A stretch of 64,000 nt of DNA from Podospora anserina (taxonomy: Eukaryota): positions 186,001-250,000 of the forward strand of contig CM030336.1 in assembly GCA_017654855.1 (NCBI GenBank), given 5' to 3'. The position numbers and the translations under genes are program-made. Of this stretch, positions 12,325-24,099 are shown piece after piece. The notes under the pieces were generated by a model that saw nothing but the letters and a program-made list of their open reading frames with translations, was not told the origin of the DNA and made no database searches. The number at the start of each line of letters is the position of its first letter. The stretch's first letter is position 1.

Positions 12325-13196
12325 TCACAAATCATCACCCTTTATTCCCTCAGGTAAAGGTTCTTGTCTCGTCCAAATATTCATTCCCACCTTTCCTCCC
12401 GAAAGCACAGGCAGCCCAGCATGGAGAGTCCTCTCATCACCCCGCCCATCCGGCAGCAGATTCTCCCAGTAAATGGCATTGCCCTCAACAGGCCGGAACG
12501 TCACCCCGTTCTCCCACTCCTCATCGCAGTCTACGATCCCCTCCTGGCACCACTTGTCGTTCGCAGGGGCGTCTAACCTTGGGAAGTTGGTCCCGCCACC
12601 CATGGTATCGTTGGCGACATGAACATAGGCGAAGAAAGAGCTGACCCTGTTTCCTCCGAGACCTTGGGTATGGGAAGAGGATGTGAACCAGTCGGTGTGA
12701 AAGTGGTAGCGTTCTGATGGGCCGTATTTGACCAGCTGGAGGGGTTCCAGGTGTGTCTCGGGTGTGTCGTAGCCCTGGAAGGCGAGGGCTCGGGATTCAA
12801 TGCATCTCACTACCGCATCGCGGGGTGCAGTGGTGCTTTGTGATGTCCGGACGGAGAGATGGCTTTTGGAGTTGCCCCTCGTCACACCGGAACGGGTGAA
12901 GGTTTTTTCACTGTGGTGTGGTGAGCCTATGCTGTTTTTTTCTTCAAATAGGCCACATGTAAACACGCTTACGTCAGATTCAACAGGTGAGCACGTTCTG
13001 GCGGAGTGATCAAGTCTTTTATGTAGATGACCAATGGCGACTTTGAAACCATGAGCACTTTGTATGGCGGGTGTTCGCAGACATAGTTGTTGAGATCAAT
13101 GGGCCTGTGGCTGTCATCTTCAGTGTTTGATGTACTCGCGGCGATGAGAGTAGATGCGCTGAGCGCTGTAAGTAGGAGCGACTTGAGCAGAGCCAT
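12325..13196 (-). CDS. Prolyl 4-hydroxylase alpha-like 2OG-Fe(II) dioxygenase with signal peptide and C-terminal GDDL; intron 12911-12972; about 269 aa
   Basis: Signal peptide MALLKSLLLTALSASTLIAA. P4H motifs VSKSPLVIYIKDLI, RTSQS, EPLQLVKY, HFHTD (HxD), GGGTNFP, GNAIYWENL, TLHAGLPV (distal His), GGKVGMNIW (2OG-binding Lys). Confidence 0.88.
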
Positions 13197-13571
13197 GATG
13201 GGACTAGGTGTCTGGTTGGTGTTCAATCCAGCCTTGAAAATAGATATTTTCAGATGAAAATGGGAATGACGTCTCTTAAAAGGGTCTACCCCTAAAAAAC
13301 AGCTGTGCCGGAGATGGGCCCATGACAAGCAGACGTTTTGACATGATGAAACACACGGGTGTTGCGTTTGCAGCAGAATGATGCTGCGCAAAGCTTTCTT
13401 CTGTCACAGGCGGTCGATCTGTGCCCCATATCATGCACCCCTGTGGAGAGCACTCCTTGTCGGCCCTCCAACTCAAATGAAGCTTTGATCCCGTATCCCA
13501 ATTTCCTTTGTTTTTAAACACAGGCCCGGTTATCTCAAAAATGAGAAAAAAGAATTAGTCCATGATCCATC

Positions 13572-14808
13572 ATGAGAGAGTCAATTTGGACGTTGTACAC
13601 TCTTGCGGTGTTGTTGCAGCGCGTCTTGGCATGGGAGCATCTCGAAGGCAAGGAACTAGAGACAACACTCGGAGCTCGCGACCGGACACTTGTTGCATGT
13701 AAGTTGCTCAACGATGCTTTTTCATCGCCATGCGTTCTGACATATGTCTAGTTGTCCTCCCAGATGAGTAAGGAAAAGCAGAAATCAACGAAATCAACCC
13801 ATCTGCTGGTATTGATACCTGCCATTTTTCTAGGGAACACACTCAAGCCTTGGAACCTGAATGGGCCGCCCTCCAGAAACAAAACCAAGAAGATGTCTAT
13901 GTTAGTATAGACTGCTCGCAAGACGCAAAGCTGTGCCAAAAGTACAATGTCCGATCATGTCCGACGATCCGACTCTACAAACAAGATGGCTCTTACACTT
14001 CCTATCGTGGTCCGCGAAAAACTCAGCCTATCAAGTCATTTGTACAGAGACAGAGTCGCCCCGTCGTCTCTTATGTGAACGACCAGTCCATGCCATCATT
14101 TCAGACATCTGACGATATCACATTCATTGGGCACTTTGGGCCTAGTGAGAAACAAATCAAGGAGGATTTCACGAAGCTGGCAAAACAGTATCATGATCGA
14201 TTTTCCTTTGCCATTGCCGACTACACTCTCCCGAAGGTACTTGTTGAGTGTTTCAACAATGTCGACGAAACAAGTCTGTCGGCCACCAGCAACGACGTGG
14301 CCAGCCCTGGGGCGCTCCAAGACTTCATCTTCAGTTGCTCGACACCACTGATCCCTGAAATGACCCGAAGAAACGAAATGGACTTCTTTCAGGTGAGTTA
14401 CTGGCTGTTGCCATAGGTAATCCGAATGAGTTCGATTAGCTGACTCATCACTGCTTACGTGTCAAACAGTCAGGGAAAAGTATCGTTTACTTCTTCGCCC
14501 ATTCTCAGCAGAAAAAGGACGCATTTGTCTCCGATATTCGACCATTGGCCAAGAAATACGACGAGTATCTTCACTTTGTTACCATTGACGCAAAAGAGTA
14601 CGCCGACGCAGCCAAATTGATGGGCCTGAAAGAGGGTGGGACAGGTTTGTCGGTGCAGAATCCCAACAACGGAGACGTCTTTCCTTATGCTAGAAAGGAG
14701 GCCATTTCGGCGGCTGTAGTGGAGGCATTTCTGGTGGACATTATCCAAGGGAAGGTGAAGCCTTGGAGAGGAGAGGAGCTACACCAGCAGGGGCATGATG
14801 AGCTTTAG
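13572..14808 (+). CDS. ER PDI-like thioredoxin-fold protein (a-b-b' type, no CxxC, HDEL); exons 13572-13698, 13752-13767, 13834-14392, 14470-14808; about 346 aa
   Basis: Signal peptide MRESIWTLYTLAVLLQRVLA. PDI a-domain pattern TLVAFVLPDEEHTQALEPEW..SIDCSQDAKLCQKYNVRSCPTIRLY..YRGPR, then b/b' patterns (LAKQYHDRFSFA; LHFVTIDA) and terminal HDEL. All three introns keep the frame. Confidence 0.85.
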
Positions 14809-14969
14809 AACTGAGGCATCAAGCAGACTGACTGTAAGTCATCGGATGCATAGTTGGAGTACTGTAATATCTCAAAAGAAGAAAGATGGGACATAATACA
14901 AAAAAGAATCGTGGACGTTAAAGAAGGCAAGAATGTGGAGCCGAAAAGGAGCCAAAATGGAAATTAGAG

Positions 14970-15067
14970 TGCCCAATAACAGGATTGAACTGTTGACCTT
15001 CGCATGACTTGATATTAACCTTGCGGCAATATTAGTACGACGCTCTAACCAGCTGAGCTAATCGGGC
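14970..15067 (-). tRNA. tRNA-Ile(AAT) with 24-nt intron
   Basis: GCCCGAT/ATTGGGC acceptor stem, D arm GCTC..GAGC, anticodon stem TCGTA/TGCGA, CT-AAT-A, T loop TTCAATC. Confidence 0.95.
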
Positions 15068-16135
15068 CATTGTTTTTTGGTGCCCATATTCGAAATACAC
15101 ATTCTAGTTTGAGGCCGCTCTATGCAGTGTGATAGTTGGTATGTGTCTACTTTGCCTCCGCTGGGGCAGAATTGTAGGGAGTATATGGCGGAGTATATCT
15201 TGAAGTTCTACTACGGGACTATTTGCTGGGAAAGGTGCCCAGGAATGAAAGAATAGTGGTTGCCTCTTGATAAGATTCTTGAAAATCTTGATCGAAGCTT
15301 GTCTCTGATGCTGTTGTGAAGGGGTTCAGGGGCAATGACAATGCCAAGACAATCCGAAAACAGGACTTGTGTTGACATTTTCCATGCTCAAAGTATCGAA
15401 TTCTGTGTCGTGAGATAAGGAGTTGGGCAAAGAACGGCATGTTTAAGCCTTTTGAAGAGTGCCTCTTGTTTGAGATAATGACAGAGTCAAGGAGCACCTG
15501 AGGTCTCGGTTTCCACCAGGGCCAAACTCGAGTTCAGCATTTACCTTGGACTCCGGAACAAAATATAGAAGCTCGAAAAGCATAGATGGAGTCTCTTGCA
15601 GGGAGCTGCAAGTTGTCAAAAATCTCATATATGAAGGTCTTTCACCTTCCCCGTTCACCTCTCTCATTTTTTTTTCCCACGTCGTCAAAGCGCCTCATCA
15701 AACCGCATTCATGAACGAGCATTCAAAAGCAAAGTGCTGACCTGCTACAACCTCCACACCTCAGTCAGCATAGATGGAAGGTCAACAGAACGCCATCACG
15801 GCCATTTGGAGCCTAGTCGGCTCCCCAGTACACATATGGGGCCACGTACGGAGGCCTTTAAATACCTACCTTACCCTTATCACAAGCAGTATGGTCTGTG
15901 CTTAGGTTGTGACAGCGGAACGGAAACCCTGCGTTGTGCCCCGCAATGCATTGGCTTTTTTTGGTGGTGGCCCACTTGGGCTCTGGACTCCCAAGGGACC
16001 CCAGTGGTTGTTACCCCGCCAAATGTGATGATCTGAAAGGAGAAAAGCCCCTTGTTGACCGCTCCACGTAATTTCAGCTTCTCTTTTCTCTCCCTCTTCT
16101 CCTGCCAGCCTTGCCTCAATAATAGCCAAGCCAAC

Positions 16136-17396
16136 ATGTCTGACAAAGTCTACCGCGCGAGCACCACGGCGCCCGTCAACATTGCCGTCGTCAAGTCGGT
16201 CCTCACCATACCAGTCCCTCCCCCTTTGTCTAACAGCAGCAACACTAACACTCCAGCCCAACACCAGGTACTGGGGCAAGCGTGATGCCAAACTCAACCT
16301 CCCCACAAACAGCTCTCTGAGCGTCACCCTCTCTCAAGCCGACCTCCGTACCCTGACGACGGCCTCATGCTCTGCCTCGTTTCCTGCCAGCGAAGGCGAC
16401 GCCCTCCTTCTCAACGGCGAGCCATCCGATATTTCGGGTGCCCGAACCCAAGCATGCCTCCGTGAACTGCGCTCTCGCCGCGCCGCCCTCGAAGCTGCCG
16501 ATCCCTCCCTCCCTAAGCTTTCCACCTACCCCCTCCGCCTCGTCTCCGAGAACAACTTCCCCACCGCCGCCGGTCTGGCCTCCTCGGCCGCTGGCTTCGC
16601 TGCCCTTGTCCGCGCCATCGCCAACCTCTACGAGCTCCCAGCCTCCCCCTCCGAGTTGAGCTTGATCGCCCGCCAAGGCTCTGGCTCTGCTTGCCGCAGT
16701 CTCTTTGGTGGTTATGTTGCCTGGAGAATGGGCGACAAGGCTGATGGCACAGACTCGATGGCCGATCAAGTTGCCGAGGCCTCGCACTGGCCCGACATGC
16801 GCGCCTTGGTTTTGGTTGTCTCTGCTGCCAAGAAGGGCGTCAGCTCTAGCTCTGGTATGCAGCAGACAGTTGCTACCTCTGGCCTCTTCCGCGAGCGCAT
16901 CGCCACCGTTGTGCCCGAGAACATGGCCATCATGGAGAAGGCGATCGCCGAAAAGGACTTTGAGAAGTTCGCCGAGGTCACCATGAGGGATAGCAACTCG
17001 TTCCATGCTACCTGCGCTGACACCTATCCGCCCATCTTCTACATGAACGATGTTTCAAGAGCCGCCATCCGGGCTGTGGAGGCCATCAACGAGAAGGCTG
17101 GCAGGACTGTGGCGGCGTACACCTTCGACGCCGGCCCGAACGCTGTCATCTACTACCAGGAGAAGGACACGGAAGCTGTTGTGGGCACATTCTACCATGT
17201 TCTCCAGGGTGCGGATATCGGCGGGTGGAAGAGTGCGGACATCAAGGGTCTCAAGCCCACCATCTCGCTTGATGAGAATGTTGCTGGCCTGTTGAAGGCC
17301 GGTGTTAGCCGGGTTATCATGACGGGTGTCGGCGAGGGGCCGGTCAAGACAGACGAGTTTCTTGTTGCTGAGGACGGAACTCCGGCGAAAAGGTGA
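16136..17396 (+). CDS. MVD1: Diphosphomevalonate decarboxylase; intron 16195-16267
   Basis: APVNIAVVKYWGKRD after splicing, NNFPTAAGLASSAAG (GHMP motif), ARQGSGSACRS, DSNSFHA, AYTFDAGPN. Confidence 0.97.
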
Positions 17397-17950
17397 TTTC
17401 GTCAGATGTTGGGTTAGATTTTGTGTTTGATGTTGTTAGCTGGATATACCACGATGCCATTAGCGCCTGTAATACATCTAGATGCTCGGGTTCCCAGAAA
17501 GGGGCCGGATTTTCTATTCTTGATCATCAAACTTGGGGAGCACATGTCTGCAGTCAATTGCAATGCTGTGCTCTGTCAGCAAGGGGCTGTTGAGAAGGGT
17601 CAGGGTCCGATAAGCTGCTGGTGGGAAACGATAAGCTCATAACCCTGGCCCGCGTTACGTCAGAAGCGCCCCAACCGCAATCGTTCACTGCGCTCGGCGC
17701 GCGCCAAGCCTGTTCCTGTGCTGCTGGTACCTGTGCCTCATCTTGGACCTGGGGTGGATGGACGTTTTGATGATTGCAGAGCAGGTTCGAACACGAGACG
17801 CAAAACGTCGAATGAGCACAAGAGCTACCGCGACATCCATACCACACCTGATGCACCAGCGTTGAACGAGCCAAAGTTACCGTACCCATCCACCTAAGCC
17901 ACCCGTGACCACCAAAGCCACCCACGCACCTCAACGGGGGGAAGGTCGCG

Positions 17951-19442
17951 ATGAGCTCCGGTAAAACATGCTACGACATCGACCCAGCAGGCGACGTGCT
18001 CTGCACTTATACAGGCGACGGCCAAAAAGAGCCCTTCTTAGCCGTCGGTTTCCCCCTCCTACGTTCAGTCCCCTTTGCGCCCTTCCCGCCCGATTTCGAC
18101 TAATTTCCCCCCTTGTTGGTATTATCAGACTAAAACCGTCGTCCCAACCGCCAAAGCCCTCCTCTACGCCTTCTTACCAGCCGGATATCCCCACACCGTC
18201 ACAACCGACTATCTACCTTACCAGACTTACGACTCCCTCCAGGCGTTTGCCTCGTCCATCACGTCGTTGCTGGCCTCCCGCGCCGTGTTGGAAGGGTTGG
18301 GGGTAGGGAGCAGCGAAGCCTCCCCAACGGGCGCGCTCATTCTCAAGATCACGGGCGATACCATTTCGAGGATAGCGACGATATTGTTTGCCCACCGCAT
18401 GGGCCAGGCGATAGAGCCGGAATGTAAATTCTACCGGTTCCTGGCCGACATCTTTAACGATGCGGCTCAGTTTTTGGATCTGTTGACTCCGGCCCTGCCG
18501 TACCTGCCGAAGCTGGGGGTGATTGTCTCGGCGGGGGTGCTGAGGAGTCTCTGTGGTGTGGCGGCGAATGCGAGCAAGGCTAGTCTTTCGGCGCACTTTG
18601 CTGTCACGGGGAACCTGGCCGAGCTCAACGCCAAGGAGGCGTCCCAGGAAACTGTGGTGTCGCTGTTGGGCATGCTAGTGGGGAGTCTGGTGGTGAGGTT
18701 GGTGGAGGATAAGCACAAGGTCTGGGGGCTGATGATCATCCTTGCGGGTTGCCATTTGGCCATGAATTACCGGGCTGTCAGGGCGGTGAGGATGACGAGC
18801 CTGAACAGGCAGAGGGCGACGATTGTGTTTAGGGAGTGGTTGGAGAGCGGGACCGTGTTGAACCCGGCGCAGGTGTCGCAGAGGGAGAGCATTTTGATGA
18901 ACGGGAGGGGGGAGCTGAGCAGCAAGACGGGGGACTACACCGGGTTTTGTGACTTTGCGACATACGGAGAACTTAAGGGGTGGAACCCGAGGGGGTATCA
19001 CAGGTATGATCTGGAGACCAAGACGTATTTTATGGGAATATGGCATCGCGGCGGGTACTTCTACATGAAAATTGCCCTAAAGGAAACTGTCAAGAGTCCG
19101 CTGGCGGCTTGGTTCGATGCCGTCAACCACGCTTATCACTTTGGATCCGCCTTCAAGGATGGACTGGAGAGCCATTACGAGAGCGAGAAGCCTTTGGGAT
19201 ACGTGGATGAGGAGCAGAAGGAGTCAATATTTGCAGCTCTCGGGGCCGCTGGGTGGGATTTGGAAGCAAACGCGCTGGAGACGAGGTTACCAGTAAGGGT
19301 ACGAGTTGGGGATAAGAAAGGTCAGTTTACATCTTGGACTCGGGACCGCTCATGATTTGTTGACTGACATACCCCTCCAGGCACACCGGAAAAGGAGGGG
19401 CTTTTGCGGCACCCCGGGCATCAAGAGTCAAAACATGATTGA
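17951..19442 (+). CDS. DUF647 / RUS1 (root UVB sensitive) family protein; probable introns 18044-18127 and 19321-19380
   Basis: FLPAGYPHTVTTDYLPYQTYDSLQ, ECKFYRFLADIFND, GNLAELNAKEASQET, NYRAVRAV, LNRQR are typical DUF647 motifs. The terminal exons are inferred from splice signals. Confidence 0.88.
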
Positions 19443-19703
19443 GCTCATCTTGGACAGAGTGATTATCTGCAGAAAAATGCCGACTGGAATACAGGACTGG
19501 AAATAGATAAGACAGTTGTACACCATTAGAGATACCACGCAGCCTCAAACTGCACCTAACGATTAATTTCATCTTGCTTTTTTGACCCAAACGCCACCCT
19601 CATGATACTCTGTTCCTTCTTAAACGTATACTATACACAGCTTTTACAGAGACCAGAAGCGAGCAGGGATTTTTGTCATTCTCTTCATCTCTCTAGGTGG
19701 GCT

Positions 19704-20645
19704 TTAAGCCAGCCCAGTAGCCCTTAGCGCCCTCATCTTGACACCCTCCCAGGTGTTGAGCTTCGGCCTGACATCCAGGTAAAAGTTCAGCTTCCCTCCA
19801 CCTGACGTATCCCGCCCCGAGTAAAAGTCAATCACGTATTCCACCTTTGTTCCGCACCTGTCCACGATCCAATCGTGCCTGTCAAACGGCGCTGTATACC
19901 CCAGCAGAGTGTTGATCCTCGCCTTGGGCGTCATTTTCCCCTTTTCTCCCGCAAACGAGTACAACCTTGGACCGCCGCAGGACTTCGAGTCGTAGTGGGC
20001 CTCCCACTTCAGAATCTCAGCCCAGGCGCGCTCGTTGACGGCGTTGTGGATGGGCACAACAGTTTTCATGTCCTTCGCCTGGGCCGAGGTGAAGCCTTTC
20101 CTCCTCATGGCCTCGAAAAACTGCTTTTCCGATGGGTAGATCCAATGGCCCGACTCAGACGTGCCGGTTTCCTGCTCGCTATTCTGGGGACAGGCGGATG
20201 GACCTGTGTCTCTGGACCGGGGGATAGAGGAAACTTCACGGACCTCGTCGAGGACAGAGGCGCGGGGCTTTGGCGGGGTTGTGGAGGCGGATTCTGTCGA
20301 GGTGGGGGAAGAGAAGGAGGGGAGGCGCAGCCATGATGTCCACGAGGAAGACTGCTGTGGTTGTTGCGGTTGTGTGGAGCGTTCTGGTACTGGTGGTCTT
20401 GACTTGTTGCTGGCATTCTGTGCTGCTTCCTCCTTTGCCCTCGCCTGCTGCATCCACAGCTCGCGGGTTTTATGGTCGACTGGGCACTTCTCCTCGGCGC
20501 CAGCGTTTGCGCCGCGAGCTCCGGCTTCTCTCATCCTGGCGGTGTTTGGTGTGTTTGATGATGGTGTCCCTCCACTCGGGTCGTCCTGTCCTGCCTTTAC
20601 CACGTCTTTACCAACTAAAACTGTATCGACAAACTCGTGGTGCAT
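19704..20645 (-). CDS. CYT2: Holocytochrome c1 synthase (cytochrome c1 heme lyase); start codon uncertain
   Basis: CPV heme-regulatory motif, WIYPSEKQFFEAM, VPIHNAVNERAW, APFDRHDW, YVIDFY, LDVRP. Confidence 0.92.
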   Translation of the reverse strand: MHHEFVDTVLVGKDVVKAGQDDPSGGTPSSNTPNTARMREAGARGANAGAEEKCPVDHKTRELWMQQARAKEEAAQNASNKSRPPVPERSTQPQQPQQSSSWTSWLRLPSFSSPTSTESASTTPPKPRASVLDEVREVSSIPRSRDTGPSACPQNSEQETGTSESGHWIYPSEKQFFEAMRRKGFTSAQAKDMKTVVPIHNAVNERAWAEILKWEAHYDSKSCGGPRLYSFAGEKGKMTPKARINTLLGYTAPFDRHDWIVDRCGTKVEYVIDFYSGRDTSGGGKLNFYLDVRPKLNTWEGVKMRALRATGLA

Positions 20646-21709
20646 TCTGTGCGCATAATTCCGGGAATCGTTTCTTTGAGGGTCAGGTGGAGACTCGGGG
20701 AGTATCGCGAGGCTTCGTGTGCGACGGTCTTATTTATGTATGGTCGCAAAGGGTTGAAGTCAGCACGACGGAGCTGCGACGTCAGGAGGGGTCAAGCATG
20801 GAGCTTGGACTTGAGGTTGAACAGTGAGTCGCAAAAGAGATCACAAGATGCATCATGGAACTTTGACCCGCCCGCCCCTGTTGGGTGGATATTTTTAATT
20901 CAGCAGCTGTCGCGACCCGTGGTGCCGGATCGGCCTCTGGTTGGCCAGCTGGCAGGTCCCAGTTTCTAACACCGACCTCAGACGATGCTACAGTGAAACA
21001 AACATTCTGCTTTTATTGAAGCATTTTCTGGTTTTCCATGTGTATTGGAGTTTTCATGTTACATATCGCGATATCCTACTTTGACATCGGCTCGGCCGGA
21101 GCCCCATTCCCTGCTTCAAGTTTCAAGAACGGTGGAGTGGGAGTTTGAAATGTTTTTCATTTCTTTTTGCCTATCAAATGCTGAACATGATCTGTCAGGG
21201 TGAAGCCTGAGCCAGCTGTTTTGCCTGTTGAGGTCCCATATCATCGAACCAAAAACACCTTTGGATACTACTCCAGCGGGGATTCTGATCGATCCATCTT
21301 GCCACTTCCCATCCCCAATCTCCAGTCCACCACATACATCGAGGCACTTTCGTGCCCTGCACCAAAAAAGTGCAATGCGCCTATAAACAAAAGAAAGGCC
21401 GCCGCCGCCCTCTCTTCCACGAAAGAGCGTTATGCGGGCGTGCCATGCTGATCCCAGTGTTTCGATGTCCTGTAAACCCACCGCCCATGCCTATGCTTTT
21501 CCGCGGCGTCCATGGTTTTTTATTCGCCTCTCTGGCGTATGTCATACCTTATCCGGGTATCATGACATCTAGTTGAAAAAAGTGAAAAAAGGTTCCCTTC
21601 GAAACTCGTGGGGAAGTGGTGTGTGATGGTGCGGGAAGAGGTAAAGTTGAAGCACATCCACTCTAGGGGAGTGTGCCTACATGTGATTAAGAGTCGGCAG
21701 AGATGATGC

Positions 21710-22191
21710 TCAGGCCCAGGCCGCGGCACCGCCGGTCTCAATGGCCTCAATCTCGTCAGCGGTCAGGGGGACACGGTGGAAGCGGGCCGGAAGATCATTG
21801 CGGTCGAAGTAGACACCGGAGGGGGGAGCAACCGAGCCAAGAGCAGCACCGGCATTGCCGCCAATACCGGCGTCGGCGCGGATGGTCTTGCGGAGGGGAC
21901 CAAACTGCTGGGCGTGGTCACGGTAGGCGCTGAACGAGGTGTGGGCGGAACCGTTGGTGAAGGAAGCCGGAAGGGAGTTGGTTGGAGAAGCGGGGTGGGG
22001 GCGGGGAGTGTGGTCAATGGAGACTGTGCCAAGAATACGAGGTTAGCATGCGAAGCGTTCAAATGGCTCAATTCCATCGTCGTCGTCATGGACCCGGACT
22101 CACCTGGGATAGTCCGCTTGCCGAGGAACTTGATGGAGGGAGTACGCTCGGCGTGCTGAGCAGCCTGGCGAAGAACTCTGGTGGCAAACAT
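21710..22191 (-). CDS. KGD4: Mitochondrial KGD4/YMR31/MRPS36 family protein (2-oxoglutarate dehydrogenase E3 adaptor); intron 22024-22103
   Basis: Presequence MFATRVLRQAA, RTPSIKFLGKR, PRPHPASP, C-terminal LPARF..PLTADEIEAIETGGA. Confidence 0.88.
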
Positions 22192-22290
22192 TTTGATATG
22201 GGTTGGTCGGTTGTAGTAGTATAGTCGGGGAAGCTCCGGTCGTTCCGCTCAGTGAGTGCTCCTCGCTGTGGGTGGTTTGTCGGGGTGGTT

Positions 22291-22317
22291 GCTGGATGCT
22301 GGATGCTGGATACTGGA
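22291..22317. repeat. (GCTGGAT)n short tandem repeat
   Basis: Read directly from the sequence. Confidence 0.8.
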
Positions 22318-23791
22318 ATGGGCAGTATATAGACGGGTCGAGCGAGGAGACGTGAGCGAAGACGATCGGGGGACTTGAGGATGGAAAGGAAGATGGATGG
22401 AGGGCATGAGAGTTAAATGGGCTTTTTCACAAGCTCCCGAATTTGCAGCCTCCAGAAAGGGCTCCCCACGGATCTGGGTGCGGCAGCCAATCAGCAACAG
22501 CCCTCACCAACTGTTGGCCATGGAACCCCGAAGTCCGGAGTGGGAAAAAACCACGCCATTGCCTGTTGCCCAGCGCTGCATCCCACGCCGGCCCTTCCTT
22601 TGCAGGGCCGCAGCGCCCTTTCACCCCTCCAACACGACCCCACTCCACCCGTTTCTTCCCGCTGCGACACCACCTGGGCTACTACGAACAATGGGCAACT
22701 GGAACTGCGACTGCTCCCCAACGAGGCAACTGTCCATGTGAACCTACCTACTCAATCATCCCCTCGGCCTGCCCGGCATCCATCCTCCTCACGACTCCCC
22801 GGGACTTCTACGGAATTGTTGAATCTACGGTAGGTTTGGATGTTTGCTCTGTGGCCGGCGCCCATGATGTGACCAGAACACTAACTGCCCCAACCAACCC
22901 CACTCTTATCGCGTTGATAATGCCAAATGGTAAAATGCTGATGGTCGATCATAGAGAAGACCAGACGAGCTAGGGGGAACGGACACGGAGCGACAGGGGA
23001 GGGCACCAGCTTCCCCGCGCTCCCAATTCAAGATGGTGTTGACGCCATGAGGTGATTTTGGGTTGGGTGTCAATGAACCATGCCCCCGCCCTGCTCTAGC
23101 GGCCCTCTCTTGCCTGCCCGCCTGGGAGCCAATGTCCGCTCCTCGGCCAGAAGAGACCAAGATCGCATGTTCCAAGACTGGGGGAGCACGACGTGAAACT
23201 TGCATGTGCGGGTGTCATCTACCGTCGTGCATGTGAAGGCGAGCCCAGCCATGCATGCACTGGGATCTCCAAGTGGCTCTCAGCTTTCTCAAGTGCTTCT
23301 CTGTCCATTTCCATCCTCGTCCCATGTTTCCTTGACCCCCACCTACCTTTCTCCTCACAGGCACACCCAAACACGCAATGCTTGGTGGAGGATGAGGTGC
23401 TGGTTGGCACCATCTCTTCAGACGCTTCTGGCCATTGGTCACGGTATTGCCACTATCTACACCACGGACCGTGGGTAGTAGCAGTTTGTCAAGTCTATCG
23501 AGCAATAAAAACCGGCATTATTCACCCGGCTTATACGGGCTCTTTTACCCATTTTGTTTACTCCACCAGCGTTCCGAGATCTCGCGCATCTCATTGGAGA
23601 TGGGGCATGCCGTTGTGAGTGGGTATGAGCAACAACCGGCCCGAGCAGTCCGCAGGGTTGATTCCTGTCTTGTGTCCACTTCCGTTACGTCAAGCTTCAG
23701 AATGAGGTAGGGCAGGAAACCAAAACCCTAGCCCTAGCTTTCTGTCTTCAGATATTGTTGTTGCCAGCCATCCACACTAACAACAACTAGG

Positions 23792-23888
23792 GCCCGATTA
23801 GCTCAGCTGGTTAGAGCGTCGTACTAATATAACCTCACAGTTATAAGAAGTCATGCGAAGGTCAACAGTTCAATCCTGTTATTGGGCA
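23792..23888 (+). tRNA. tRNA-Ile(AAT) with 23-nt intron
   Basis: Exons identical to the copy at 14970-15067. T-run Pol III terminators follow. Confidence 0.95.
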
Positions 23889-24099
23889 GCTCCATTCTTT
23901 TAGCTCCTATCAGGGTCTTGCAACTTTGGGTAGTTTTTTTTTTTTTCCTCAACCATTCACCAGTTGTCTTTGTAGCTGAGTTGTCAATCTCCCTCTTCAT
24001 TAGCCACCTTAATCAAAAGCGTCCCAAGTATCAACCATAATGATACTGGATGGGGTTGTCCAGAAGTTTCCACCAAACCAAACTATTACCCCTGAATCC

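Noticed and set aside
13267-13272. TGACGT, a possible Hac1/bZIP element between the P4H and PDI-like genes
   Set aside because: A single 6-mer is too short to call without conservation data.
22192-22260. Possible non-AUG N-terminal extension of KGD4, as in yeast
   Set aside because: There is an in-frame TGA 20 codons upstream and no convincing near-cognate start.
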